A stretch of 64,000 nt of DNA from Chromatiales bacterium (lineage in GTDB: Bacteria; Pseudomonadota; Gammaproteobacteria; SZUA-140): contig JBJHCZ010000010.1 in NCBI GenBank assembly GCA_050486285.1, positions 11,034-75,033 on the forward strand. Direction: 5' to 3'. Under the pieces are notes generated by a model, which was given only the letters and a program-made list of their open reading frames with translations, was not told the DNA's origin and ran no database searches. Positions 19,806 to 30,449 of this stretch are shown here, one piece after another. Position 1 is the stretch's first letter. Each line of letters opens with the position of its first letter. The position numbers and the translations under genes are program-made.

Positions 19806-19821
19806 CCGCTGGCGTTAGGGC
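19761..19821 (+). other. attC-like recombination site 2 (61 bp), overlapping the higA 3' end
   Basis: R'' GCCCAAC 19761-19767 pairs with GTT(A)GGGC 19814-19821 (7 bp, one bulged A). Inner stems CAGCTG 19777-19782/19799-19804 and GCCGC 19785-19789/GCGGC 19793-19797 with loop AAA. Confidence 0.45.
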
Positions 19822-19867
19822 TACAAGAGAAAATACTTGGATACCATGGAAAAAGTAGGTTTCATAA

Positions 19868-20234
19868 TTAGGTGTCTGGCGAAACGACGACTTGGGCAGT
19901 CCGGCCGGCCAGCGGCCGCCCGGCTATTCCGGGGAGCACCGGATGCAGTGCCGGATCCTCGAACTCGATCCGCCCCGCAAGCTGGCCATCAGCTGGGGGA
20001 AGCAGCAGCGACGTTTCCTTCGAGCTGGAGCCGAAGGGCGCGAGGGTACGGCTCACCGTCACCCATCGGCGCCTGCCCGATCGCGCGACCCTGCTGAACG
20101 TCAGCGCCGGCTGGCACGCGCACCTGGACGTTCTGGTCGCCTGTACGACAGATCAGGCGCCGGAGGAATCGTTCTGGGAAAGCTGGAGCCGCCTCAAGCA
20201 GGAATACGGCGGGCGCCAGCCTCAATCGCCGTAG
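19868..20234 (+). pseudogene. SRPBCC (AHSA1/START-like) family gene remnant, 5'-truncated and frameshifted
   Basis: One frame reads ...GEHRMQCRILELDPPRKLAISWG. The next frame continues DVSFELEPKGARVRLTVTHRRLPDRATLLNVSAGWHAHLDVLVA...FWESWSRLKQEY. The frames switch near the G5 run at 19995-19999. About 35-45 N-terminal residues expected for the family are absent. Confidence 0.55.
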
Positions 20235-20608
20235 CGTACCTGTCGGCTGCCGAGTACGCTGCCGTCCTCGTCGACGACCTCGACGGTCCATTCGCCGTGC
20301 CAGTCGGGCAGCAATTGCTTGCTCGACCATACCCGCCAGCGCGGGCCGCCGACCCTGAACGCGACCTCGGCATGGGCTTCGCCGCCGTGCATCCAGCGGT
20401 GTCTGACGGTGCGGCCATCGAGATTACGCAACTCGGTGAAGAACGTGACTTCGGCGGAGTGGCCGGGGATCGGATCGAGCCGGTCGACCGGCTCGCGGTC
20501 GCTGATGCCGCTGGTGAACTGCGCGCGGGCGACATGGTCGGCCAGCGCTGAACCGGCGATCGCCGGGAGCGCCAGCGCCAACAGGCAGGGGAGCAGTATC
20601 CTGAACAT
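20222..20608 (-). CDS. DUF2914 domain-containing secreted protein
   Basis: 128 aa with signal peptide MFRILLPCLLALALPAIAGSALA, then EVTFFTELRNLDGRTVRHRWMHGG...RWRVWSSKQLLPDWHGEWTVEVVDEDGSVL, the DUF2914 pattern as I recall it. Confidence 0.75.
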   Translation of the reverse strand: MFRILLPCLLALALPAIAGSALADHVARAQFTSGISDREPVDRLDPIPGHSAEVTFFTELRNLDGRTVRHRWMHGGEAHAEVAFRVGGPRWRVWSSKQLLPDWHGEWTVEVVDEDGSVLGSRQVRYGD

Positions 20609-20645
20609 GGGCGTTACCTCCTCTGGTGATGGATGCCTTCCGGCA

Positions 20646-23485
<2,840 letters not shown>

Positions 23486-23486
<1 letters not shown>

Positions 23487-23941
23487 TACTTGTCCTGGAG
23501 CTTGTGCGATTGCGGCTCGTGGCCGCGCTCGCGGTAGAAACGAAAGCGTTCGCGCCCGGCCGCGCGGTCCGGCGCGGACGGCGCGACGATCTCGGCGATG
23601 CGCGGGAAGCGCGCGTAGAAATCCGGCACGCCGGCGCTGAGATTGATCAGCACATCGGCATCGGCGGGTGGCCTGTCGCCGGCGCCGATCAGCACCGGCG
23701 GCGGCTCGCCGGTCTCGCCGGCGCGGCCGTGCGGCACGAAGCTGCCGTCGCGAAAGGTCCACAGCAGCTCGTCGATGCCGGCGGCCTCGGCCTCGGAGCC
23801 GGCATGCAGGTAGACCGTGTGACCGAGTTTCCAGGCCTTTTCCGCCAGCCGGCAGGACAGCCGCTCGCGGGCGTTCGGGGACTCGTCGGAGAGGATGTAG
23901 AAATCGATCCGCATCGGCGCGGGATGCAGGTCAGCGTTCAT
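23486..23941 (-). CDS. holC: DNA polymerase III subunit chi
   Basis: [12 protein letters not shown]...[31 protein letters not shown] is typical chi, in valS-holC-pepA synteny. The stop overlaps the valS ATG (TAATG). The real start may be ATG 23914 (MRIDFYIL) rather than 23941. Confidence 0.88.
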
Positions 23942-25430
23942 CTCCGGCCTGGTCGATCAGGTACTGCGTCAGCAGCGGCACCGGCCGGCCGGTCGCGCCC
24001 TTCTCGGCGCCGCCGCGCCAGGCAACGCCGGCGATGTCGAGGTGCGCCCAGGGATATTTCTTCGTGAAGCGTGAGAGAAAACAGGCCGCGGTGATGGTGC
24101 CGCCTTCGCGGCCGCCGACGTTCGCCATATCGGCGAAATTGCTCTTGAGCTGATCCTGGTATTCCTCCCACAACGGCAGTTCCCAGGCGCGGTCGCCGCT
24201 GGTATTGCCGGCGGCGCGCAGGGCGTCGACGAGGGCCGCGTCGGTGCCGAGCAGGCCGCTCGCGTGCTTGCCGAGCGCGATCACGCAGGCGCCGGTCAGC
24301 GTCGCGATATCGACGACGGCCTGCGGTTCGAAGCGTTCGCAGTAGGTCAGCGCGTCGCACAGGATCAGCCGACCCTCGGCGTCGGTGTTCAGGATCTCGA
24401 TGGTCTGGCCGGACATGCTGGTGACGATGTCGCCGGGCTTGACCGCGTTGCCGTCCGGCAGGTTCTCGCAGGACGGGATCACGCCGACGACATTCAGCGG
24501 CAGGTCGAGCGCGGCGACCGCGGACATCGTGCCGATGACCGAGGCCGCGCCGCACATGTCGAATTTCATCTCGTCCATCGTCGCTGCGGGCTTGATCGAG
24601 ATGCCGCCCGAGTCGAAGGTGATGCCCTTGCCGACCAGGACATGGGGTCTCTCGGTCCTGGAACCGCCGTTCCAGCTCAGCACGATGAAGCGCGGCGGCT
24701 CGCGACTGCCGCGCGAGACCGCGAGCAGGGCGCCCATCTTGTGCGCACGGATCTGTTTCTCGTCGAGGACCTTGACGCCGAGCTTGCGCTGTCCGCGCGC
24801 GAGACGGCGCGCCTGTTCGGCCAGATATTCCGGTGTGCATATATTGCCGGGCAGGTTGCCGAGGTCGCGCGCAAGGGCGACGCCGCCGGCGACCGCCTCG
24901 CCGACGGCAACGGCGGCACGCCCTTCGGCGATCAGCGAGGGATCGGAGACGTTCAGATGCAGGCGGCCGAGCGGGGTCGCGTCATCATCCTTTTTGCTTT
25001 TGAGCCGGTCGAAGCGGTAGAGTCCCTCGCTGACCGTCTCGACGGTCTGGCGCAGCTTCCATGCCAGGTCGCGGTCGCGAACCTCGATCTCGGACAGGTA
25101 GCTGAAGGCCTCGCGAACACCGGCCTCGCGGAGGGCGGCGGTCATCGTCGCGAGGACCTTGCGATAGCCGCCGGCATCGAGTTCCTTCTCCTTGCCGCAG
25201 CCGACGAGGAGGACGCGTTTACCCGGCGCCCGCGGGACGCTGTGGAGCATCAGCGCGTGACCCGGGCGGGGTTTCATGTCGCCCTGCTTCAAAATGTTTA
25301 CAATATAGCCGCGCGAGGCACGGTCGAGGGCGGCGGCGGAGGGACTCAGTCGGCGCGATTCGAACACGCCGACGACGGTGCAGGCGGTGCGTTGACGGGT
25401 GGCGGGGGCGCTTTTGACCGGAAATTGCAT
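23931..25430 (-). CDS. pepA: leucyl aminopeptidase (M17)
   Basis: 499-aa ORF with VGKGITFDSGGISIKP, NTDAEGRLILCDALTY and GATGRPV motifs. Confidence 0.96.
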   Translation of the reverse strand: MQFPVKSAPATRQRTACTVVGVFESRRLSPSAAALDRASRGYIVNILKQGDMKPRPGHALMLHSVPRAPGKRVLLVGCGKEKELDAGGYRKVLATMTAALREAGVREAFSYLSEIEVRDRDLAWKLRQTVETVSEGLYRFDRLKSKKDDDATPLGRLHLNVSDPSLIAEGRAAVAVGEAVAGGVALARDLGNLPGNICTPEYLAEQARRLARGQRKLGVKVLDEKQIRAHKMGALLAVSRGSREPPRFIVLSWNGGSRTERPHVLVGKGITFDSGGISIKPAATMDEMKFDMCGAASVIGTMSAVAALDLPLNVVGVIPSCENLPDGNAVKPGDIVTSMSGQTIEILNTDAEGRLILCDALTYCERFEPQAVVDIATLTGACVIALGKHASGLLGTDAALVDALRAAGNTSGDRAWELPLWEEYQDQLKSNFADMANVGGREGGTITAACFLSRFTKKYPWAHLDIAGVAWRGGAEKGATGRPVPLLTQYLIDQAGDER

Positions 25431-25514
25431 GAGATCTCCCGTGATCGCGAAATATCCCGGAGAGTTTACCTTAAATGCCAGGCTTTTCCACCATGAGTCC
25501 CGGCGGGCGCCGCC

Positions 25515-26615
25515 TTGATCATTGATCGCTACGTCGCCAGGGAGATCCTGCTGACCCTGGTCGCGGTACTGTTCGTGCTGCTCGCGATCTTCATGAGCAA
25601 CCGCTTAGTGCGCTATCTCGCCGATGCCGGCGCGGGCAGCCTCTCCAACGATCTTGTGCTGGCGATGCTCGCGCTGAAGACGATCAGCACGCTGACGATC
25701 ATTCTGCCGATTGCATTCTTCATGGCGATCCTGCTGGCCTTCAGCCGGCTCTACAAGGACAGCGAGATGATCGCGATGGCCGCCTGCGGGATCAGCATGG
25801 GGCGGATCTATCGCGCGGTGATGGCGCTGGCGCTGGTCATTGCCGCGGCCGTCGGCGTCATCGCCTTCCAGGTCGCGCCCTGGGCGGAGGAGCGCATCCA
25901 CCAGTTGCGCGATGACTATCAGGCCCGCCCGGTCATCAGCGGTCTCACGCCCGGCCGCTTCACCGGCAGCGGCACCGGCGGCGTACTCTATTTCGAACGC
26001 CTGTCCGACGACGGACGCAGCATGGAACAGGTGTTCGTCCAGCACCAGGGCAGCGAACGCCAGGTGGTGCTGTCGTCGGCGCGCGCCTGGCGTCACCAGG
26101 ACGATCAGGGCAGTCTGTTCCTCGTCTTCGAGGATGGTTACCGCTACGAGGGCAGGCCCGGCGCGGCCGATTTCAGGATCATCGAGTTCCAACAACACGC
26201 GGTGCGCATGGAGCCGCGCGAGATTGCGCCGTCGTTCCGTCGCCAGCGCGCGCTGGCGACCGCGGACCTGGCCGTATCGACACGCAAGCCCGATATCGCC
26301 GAGTTGCAGTGGCGTATCTCGATGCCGCTGTCGGTGCTGGTGCTGGCGCTGCTCGCGGTGCCGCTCAGCCGCACCAATCCGCGCCAGGGCAAGTATGCAA
26401 AACTGTTCGTCGCGGTGCTGGTCTATCTGGTGTACAACAATCTGATGGGCATGGCCAACACCTGGGTCGCGCGCGGTACGATCCCCCCGCTGCTCGGCAT
26501 GTGGTGGGTGCATGCCGGCATGCTTGTCGGCGCCTGGCTGTTGCTGGTCCGGCAGTACGGCGTGAAGTGGTCGATCGAGGCGTTGTTCGGGCAACGTACC
26601 GGGGCGGCGCGATGA
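25515..26615 (+). CDS. lptF: LPS export ABC transporter permease LptF
   Basis: 366-aa membrane ORF (TTG start): IIDRYVAREILLTLVAVLFVLLAIFMSNRLVRYL. Divergent from pepA as in E. coli. Confidence 0.92.
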   Translation: MIIDRYVAREILLTLVAVLFVLLAIFMSNRLVRYLADAGAGSLSNDLVLAMLALKTISTLTIILPIAFFMAILLAFSRLYKDSEMIAMAACGISMGRIYRAVMALALVIAAAVGVIAFQVAPWAEERIHQLRDDYQARPVISGLTPGRFTGSGTGGVLYFERLSDDGRSMEQVFVQHQGSERQVVLSSARAWRHQDDQGSLFLVFEDGYRYEGRPGAADFRIIEFQQHAVRMEPREIAPSFRRQRALATADLAVSTRKPDIAELQWRISMPLSVLVLALLAVPLSRTNPRQGKYAKLFVAVLVYLVYNNLMGMANTWVARGTIPPLLGMWWVHAGMLVGAWLLLVRQYGVKWSIEALFGQRTGAAR

Positions 26616-27676
26616 AGCTGATCGATCTCCATATCGGCAAGGCCGTGGTCGGCGGGGCGTTGCTGGTCATGTGCGTGTTGCTCGCGCTGTTCATCTTCAT
26701 TGAATTCATTTCCGAACTCGATCGTATCGGGCAGCGTGACTACACCGCCTGGAAGGCGCTGCAGCATGTGCTGTTCAGCGTGCCGCGACTGACCTATGAG
26801 TTGATGCCGCTGTCGGCCCTGCTCGGCAGCCTGATCGGACTCGGGCTGCTCGCCAGCAACAACGAACTGACCGCGATGCGCGCCGCCGGTATCTCCGCGG
26901 CGAGGATCAGCATGGCGGCGGTCAAGGCCGGTCTGCTGCTGGTGCTGCTGTCGGCCTGGCTCGGCGAATGGGTCGTTGCGCCGGCCGAGGAGTATGCGAC
27001 GAAGGTCAGGATCGCCGCGCTCTCCGGCCAGGATGCGATGCATACGCGTGACGGTTTCTGGACCCGCGACGGCGAGACGGTCGTCAATGTCCGCGCGGTC
27101 TTGCACGACGGCGCCCTGGCGGGTGTCGATATCTACGAATTCGGCGAAGGCAGGCGCCTCGAGCGGATGTCGAGCGCGAAAAGCGCAGTCTGGCGCGATG
27201 GCCGATGGTGGCTGCGCGAGGTTTCGCGCAGCGAACTCGCGCCGCGTCATGTCCGCATGGAACACCTGCCGGAGCTTGCCTGGGATTCGCGCATCGATCC
27301 CGAACTGCTCGAGGTCATCGCGATCAAGCCGGGAAGCATGTCGATATCGGGGCTGTGGCATTACATCGCCTACCTCAAGGACAACAATCTCAACGCCGGC
27401 CGCTACGAGATCGATTTCTGGACCAAGGTCATCCTGCCGCTGGCCACCTGTGTGATGGTGTTCGCGGCGCTGCCGTTCGTATTCGGTCCGCTGCGTTCGG
27501 TCGGCGTCGGCCAGCGCATGCTGGTCGGCGTGCTGGTCGGTCTGGGTTTTTACCTGCTCAACCAGATGGTCGGTCATCTCGGCCTTGTTTATGGCCTGAA
27601 CCCGTTGGTGTGCGCGCTGCTGCCGACGCTGCTGTTGCTCGCGGGATCGCTCTACATGATGCGCCGCGTGGCCTGA
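26612..27676 (+). CDS. lptG: LPS export ABC transporter permease LptG
   Basis: MKLIDLHIGKAVVGGALLVMCVLLALFIFIEFISELDRIGQRDY. ATG 26612 overlaps the lptF stop (ATGA). About 354 aa. Confidence 0.93.
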   Translation: MKLIDLHIGKAVVGGALLVMCVLLALFIFIEFISELDRIGQRDYTAWKALQHVLFSVPRLTYELMPLSALLGSLIGLGLLASNNELTAMRAAGISAARISMAAVKAGLLLVLLSAWLGEWVVAPAEEYATKVRIAALSGQDAMHTRDGFWTRDGETVVNVRAVLHDGALAGVDIYEFGEGRRLERMSSAKSAVWRDGRWWLREVSRSELAPRHVRMEHLPELAWDSRIDPELLEVIAIKPGSMSISGLWHYIAYLKDNNLNAGRYEIDFWTKVILPLATCVMVFAALPFVFGPLRSVGVGQRMLVGVLVGLGFYLLNQMVGHLGLVYGLNPLVCALLPTLLLLAGSLYMMRRVA

Positions 27677-28650
27677 TGCGAGGACTGCAACGGCACGCGC
27701 TGTCCGTATTCGCGTTCGCCGTATTCGCCCCGGCGCTGGCCGGCGATACCGCGCCGGCGCCCGGTGACGATGGCGACGACGATCCCGGCGTCGTCATTCA
27801 GTCGATCGATGAGGGTCAGGAGGCGATCTCGCGCTCGGTGATGACCCTGTCGCGCCGCATGGACCGGATGTTCGGCACGGCAGAAGTCTTTCCCGACGAG
27901 GCCTATGATTCCCTGCTGCGGATCCGGCTGGTCCAGCGTTTCGATAAGGGCGGCGGCGGCGAGTTCGAGGTCAAGGCCGGCGGCAAGCTCAGCCTGCCCG
28001 GCACCGAGCAGCGTCTCAGCCTGATCATCCTCACCGACGACTACGAGGATCCGCTCGATCGCGAGCGCAGCACCGACCGTGAGTTCGGGACGACGACCAG
28101 GCAGTCGCTCGCGCTGCGCCTTTTCCGCCCGTCGGAGAAATGGAAGACCTCGTACTCGGTCGGATTGCGCACCGGCGATCCGATCGATATGCTGACGCGC
28201 GCCTCAGTCTGGCGCGAGTTCGAGCCGGGTCTGCTGCAGGTACGGCCGTCGCAATCGATCTTCTGGTACGACGAACGCGGTGCCGGCGGAACGACGGAAT
28301 TGCGGCTGCAACACCCGCTCGGCGCGACATTGCTGGCGCGCAGTCACAGCGGCGCAGCCTGGTTCAAGCGCGACGAACAGTTCTACTATGATCAAATATT
28401 CTCGTTGCTGCAGCCGGTCGGCAGGCGGCGCGACCTGTTGTGGCAGCTGGGCTTGCAGGCCGAAAGCGAGCCCAATAATCAGGTCACCCGTTACTACGCC
28501 GAAGTCCGCTGGCGCAGCGTCGTGCATCGCGACTGGCTGGTGTTCGAGCTCAGGCCGCAGGCAATGCGGGATCGCGAGAACCGTTTTCGCACGCAACTGT
28601 TCCTGTATGCGGGCTTCGAACTGCTGTTCGGGGATCCGCGCCAGTATTGA
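27676..28650 (+). CDS. hypothetical secreted protein, probable outer-membrane beta-barrel, translationally coupled to lptG
   Basis: ATG 27676 overlaps the lptG stop (TGATG). Signal peptide MRGLQRHALSVFAFAVFAPALAGD. Beta-strand-like alternating pattern and a C-terminal aromatic end ...LFGDPRQY. No family recognised. Confidence 0.7.
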   Translation: MRGLQRHALSVFAFAVFAPALAGDTAPAPGDDGDDDPGVVIQSIDEGQEAISRSVMTLSRRMDRMFGTAEVFPDEAYDSLLRIRLVQRFDKGGGGEFEVKAGGKLSLPGTEQRLSLIILTDDYEDPLDRERSTDREFGTTTRQSLALRLFRPSEKWKTSYSVGLRTGDPIDMLTRASVWREFEPGLLQVRPSQSIFWYDERGAGGTTELRLQHPLGATLLARSHSGAAWFKRDEQFYYDQIFSLLQPVGRRRDLLWQLGLQAESEPNNQVTRYYAEVRWRSVVHRDWLVFELRPQAMRDRENRFRTQLFLYAGFELLFGDPRQY

Positions 28651-28662
28651 CGCAGTGCGCAA

Positions 28663-29052
28663 TCAGGGCGACGACTTCTTCATATAATAGGCGCCGTTGC
28701 TGTAGGTGAGTCGTGACTTGTCGGGCGAGATCCCGAACTCGACTTCGACCGGTTTGTCGTTGACGACCAGCACCATCTGCAATTCGTCGCCGACGACCCG
28801 GTACTTGCCGGGGATGACCTGTTTGTTCTCGGTGTGTATCTGCACGCTGCCGTCGCGGCTGAACACCAGGTCGTCGCGGCTGTCGCGCTCGGGATTGAAG
28901 GTCAGCTCCCAGGCGCCGTGCAGCCATTGCTGCGCGGCCGGATCGCCGGCGCTGTCGCAGGCCGCGGCCAGCGCGGCGAGCAGCAACGCAGCGAATATCG
29001 CCCGCAGGCGCAGGGCTTGACGGGACATCATCGCGGGACGGGGGAGGCGCAT
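28663..29052 (-). CDS. hypothetical lipoprotein
   Basis: MRLPRPAMMSRQALRLRAIFAALLLAALAAAC (lipobox LAAAC), then about 95 residues of small-beta-protein character (WELTFNPERD...GKYRVVGDELQMVLVV...). Start is 29052 or 29031. Confidence 0.65.
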   Translation of the reverse strand: MRLPRPAMMSRQALRLRAIFAALLLAALAAACDSAGDPAAQQWLHGAWELTFNPERDSRDDLVFSRDGSVQIHTENKQVIPGKYRVVGDELQMVLVVNDKPVEVEFGISPDKSRLTYSNGAYYMKKSSP

Positions 29053-29107
29053 GGCGACATTGAAACACGCGCCGGTCGCGTCGCCAAGAGCCGCCGCCGG
29101 CGCGGCC

Positions 29108-29716
29108 TCAGAAATACCGTTTAATGCCGGCCGCGATGACATTGGAGCCGCCCTCGACGCCGTCGAACAGACCGTAGACGCCGGAACGATGATGGACCCG
29201 CACCGCGAGGCTCCAGTCGCTGACCTGCGGCGGCGAGAAGGTGAACTCGACGAGGATATAGTTCAGCAGGCGCGTCGCGCCGACATTGGTATCGCTGGCC
29301 TCCTCCAGCGGCGGCACGCGGGTCGCCCATGACAGGCCGTCGCCGATCGCCACCGTCGTGCGCAGGCGGTGATTCCACGGGAAGCGCTGCCAGCGCCAGA
29401 TCGCGAGCAGATTGAATTCACCGTGGGTCTGGCCGCGAAAATGGCGTCCGATCTGGCCCTCGATCTCCCATTGGTGGGACGGGCTGTCGAACGCGAACGC
29501 GCGGCTCAGCGCGGCGGCCGCGAACCACGAGTCCTCGAAGTCGATCGGCTTGCTGACCAGCACCGCGCCGAGGCGATCGTCGCTGTATCTGCCGGCATAG
29601 ACCGTCAGCGCGTAATCGTCTGCGATAGCGCGCACCGGCGCGGCGGCGGCCGCCGCGCCGGTGATCAGGGCCAGGAGGACGCATGCATGTCTCTGTCTTG
29701 ACGGCATCTCGGTCAA
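29108..29716 (-). CDS. outer-membrane beta-barrel protein, PagL (lipid A 3-O-deacylase)/acyloxyacyl hydrolase-like
   Basis: 202 aa with a signal peptide (...LITGAAAAAAPVRAIA) and C-terminal ...AAGIKRYF. VRVHHRSG resembles the PagL catalytic H-x-S segment (VRAIHYSNAG in P. aeruginosa, from memory). Confidence 0.5.
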   Translation of the reverse strand: MTEMPSRQRHACVLLALITGAAAAAAPVRAIADDYALTVYAGRYSDDRLGAVLVSKPIDFEDSWFAAAALSRAFAFDSPSHQWEIEGQIGRHFRGQTHGEFNLLAIWRWQRFPWNHRLRTTVAIGDGLSWATRVPPLEEASDTNVGATRLLNYILVEFTFSPPQVSDWSLAVRVHHRSGVYGLFDGVEGGSNVIAAGIKRYF

Positions 29717-29729
29717 CGGGTAGTTTCGG

Positions 29730-30107
29730 GTGACCAGGCCAGGGACGACTCACGCCGTGTCGCAGCAGATCACGATCGAAATCATCAGGACCGTCAAGAA
29801 GGCCCACGAGAACATCATGGTCGCCACCGGCGTGCTGATCGGCATCCTGCTGCTCGTCTACTTCTTCAGCTTCGCGCAGTTCTTCGACCGCGGCTACATG
29901 GGCGTCGTCTGGTTCCAGACGATCACCAGCGTCATCTTCGTCGCCGCGCTGTTCTTTCTCAAGCGCATCGCGTTCGCGATCATCAGGATGACCCACGGCC
30001 GTCGCGAGCCCTACCGGGCCTTCGTGTCGGCGATCGTCGCCTCGGATCTCGACAAGGACGAAAAGACCCTCGAGGAGGAATTCGGCGCGTCGGGGATGCA
30101 TGCCTGA
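29730..30107 (+). CDS. hypothetical membrane protein
   Basis: 125-aa ORF (GTG) with two clear hydrophobic helices (VATGVLIGILLLVYFFSFAQFF; VVWFQTITSVIFVAALFFL) and G/C-rich third codon positions. No family recognised. Start uncertain. Confidence 0.55.
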   Translation: MTRPGTTHAVSQQITIEIIRTVKKAHENIMVATGVLIGILLLVYFFSFAQFFDRGYMGVVWFQTITSVIFVAALFFLKRIAFAIIRMTHGRREPYRAFVSAIVASDLDKDEKTLEEEFGASGMHA

Positions 30108-30115
30108 GTCCCGCG

Positions 30116-30259
30116 ATGCCGATGGACAACCGCCAGAAGCTCGACCTCGTCGTTCGCATGCAGCGCCGGGCGCGGTTCCGCAGGGTTGCGGTCGGGGTCG
30201 TGATCGTCCTGCTGGCGGGGGTGGTGCTGGTGTACTCGCAGTACCGGCATGCCTTGTGA
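30116..30259 (+). CDS. possible 47-aa small membrane protein (below the ORF-track cutoff)
   Basis: MPMDNRQKLDLVVRMQRRARFRRVAVGVVIVLLAGVVLVYSQYRHAL*. Third codon positions are almost all G/C as in real genes here, with a basic N-terminus plus one TM. It starts 9 nt after the preceding ORF. Confidence 0.4.
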   Translation: MPMDNRQKLDLVVRMQRRARFRRVAVGVVIVLLAGVVLVYSQYRHAL

Positions 30260-30295
30260 GGCTTGCGTCGGGTTATTGCAAGTAATTGATTTTAT

Positions 30296-30371
30296 TGGCG
30301 CTCCCTAGGGGAATCGAACCCCTGTTCCCGCCGTGAGAGGGCGGTGTCCTAGGCCGCTAGACGAAGGGAGC
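30296..30371 (-). tRNA. tRNA-Glu (anticodon CUC)
   Basis: Reverse complement GCTCCCTTCGTCTAGCGGCCTAGGACACCGCCCTCTCACGGCGGGAACAGGGGTTCGATTCCCCTAGGGAGCGCCA. It has a 7-bp acceptor stem, anticodon loop CTCTCAC (CTC), a T-loop GGTTCGATTCC and an encoded CCA. It is very close to E. coli tRNA-Glu except for the anticodon. Confidence 0.95.
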
Positions 30372-30421
30372 GTACGGTAAACCGGCAGGCGCGACAGTAG
30401 GCTGTCCGCAAAATTTCGGCT

Positions 30422-30449
30422 ATTATACGGCTCTTCCGGGATTGTACAA
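30422..30449 (-). promoter_or_regulatory. putative sigma70 promoter of tRNA-Glu
   Basis: On the minus strand: TTGTAC (30449-30444), 16-nt spacer, TATAAT (30427-30422). It lies about 45-50 nt upstream of the mature tRNA 5' end. Confidence 0.5.

Larger units (their letters stand above)
17973..19821 (+). mobile_element. integron-type gene-cassette array without an integrase in the window (CALIN-like), two cassettes
   Basis: Core-site-like GTTGGGC at 17973. attC-like palindromes at 19063-19129 and 19761-19821, each bounded by GCCCAAC (RYYYAAC) and GTTGGGC / GTT(A)GGGC (GTTRRRY). Each follows one coding unit in the same orientation. The region is visibly AT-richer than its flanks. Confidence 0.5.

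Noticed and set aside
19837-20097. 86-aa ORF (MDTMEKVGFIIRCLAKRRLGQ...) at the island's right edge
   Set aside because: Only its first 15 or so codons lie in island DNA. The remainder is an out-of-frame reading of the SRPBCC remnant, and it has no SD.
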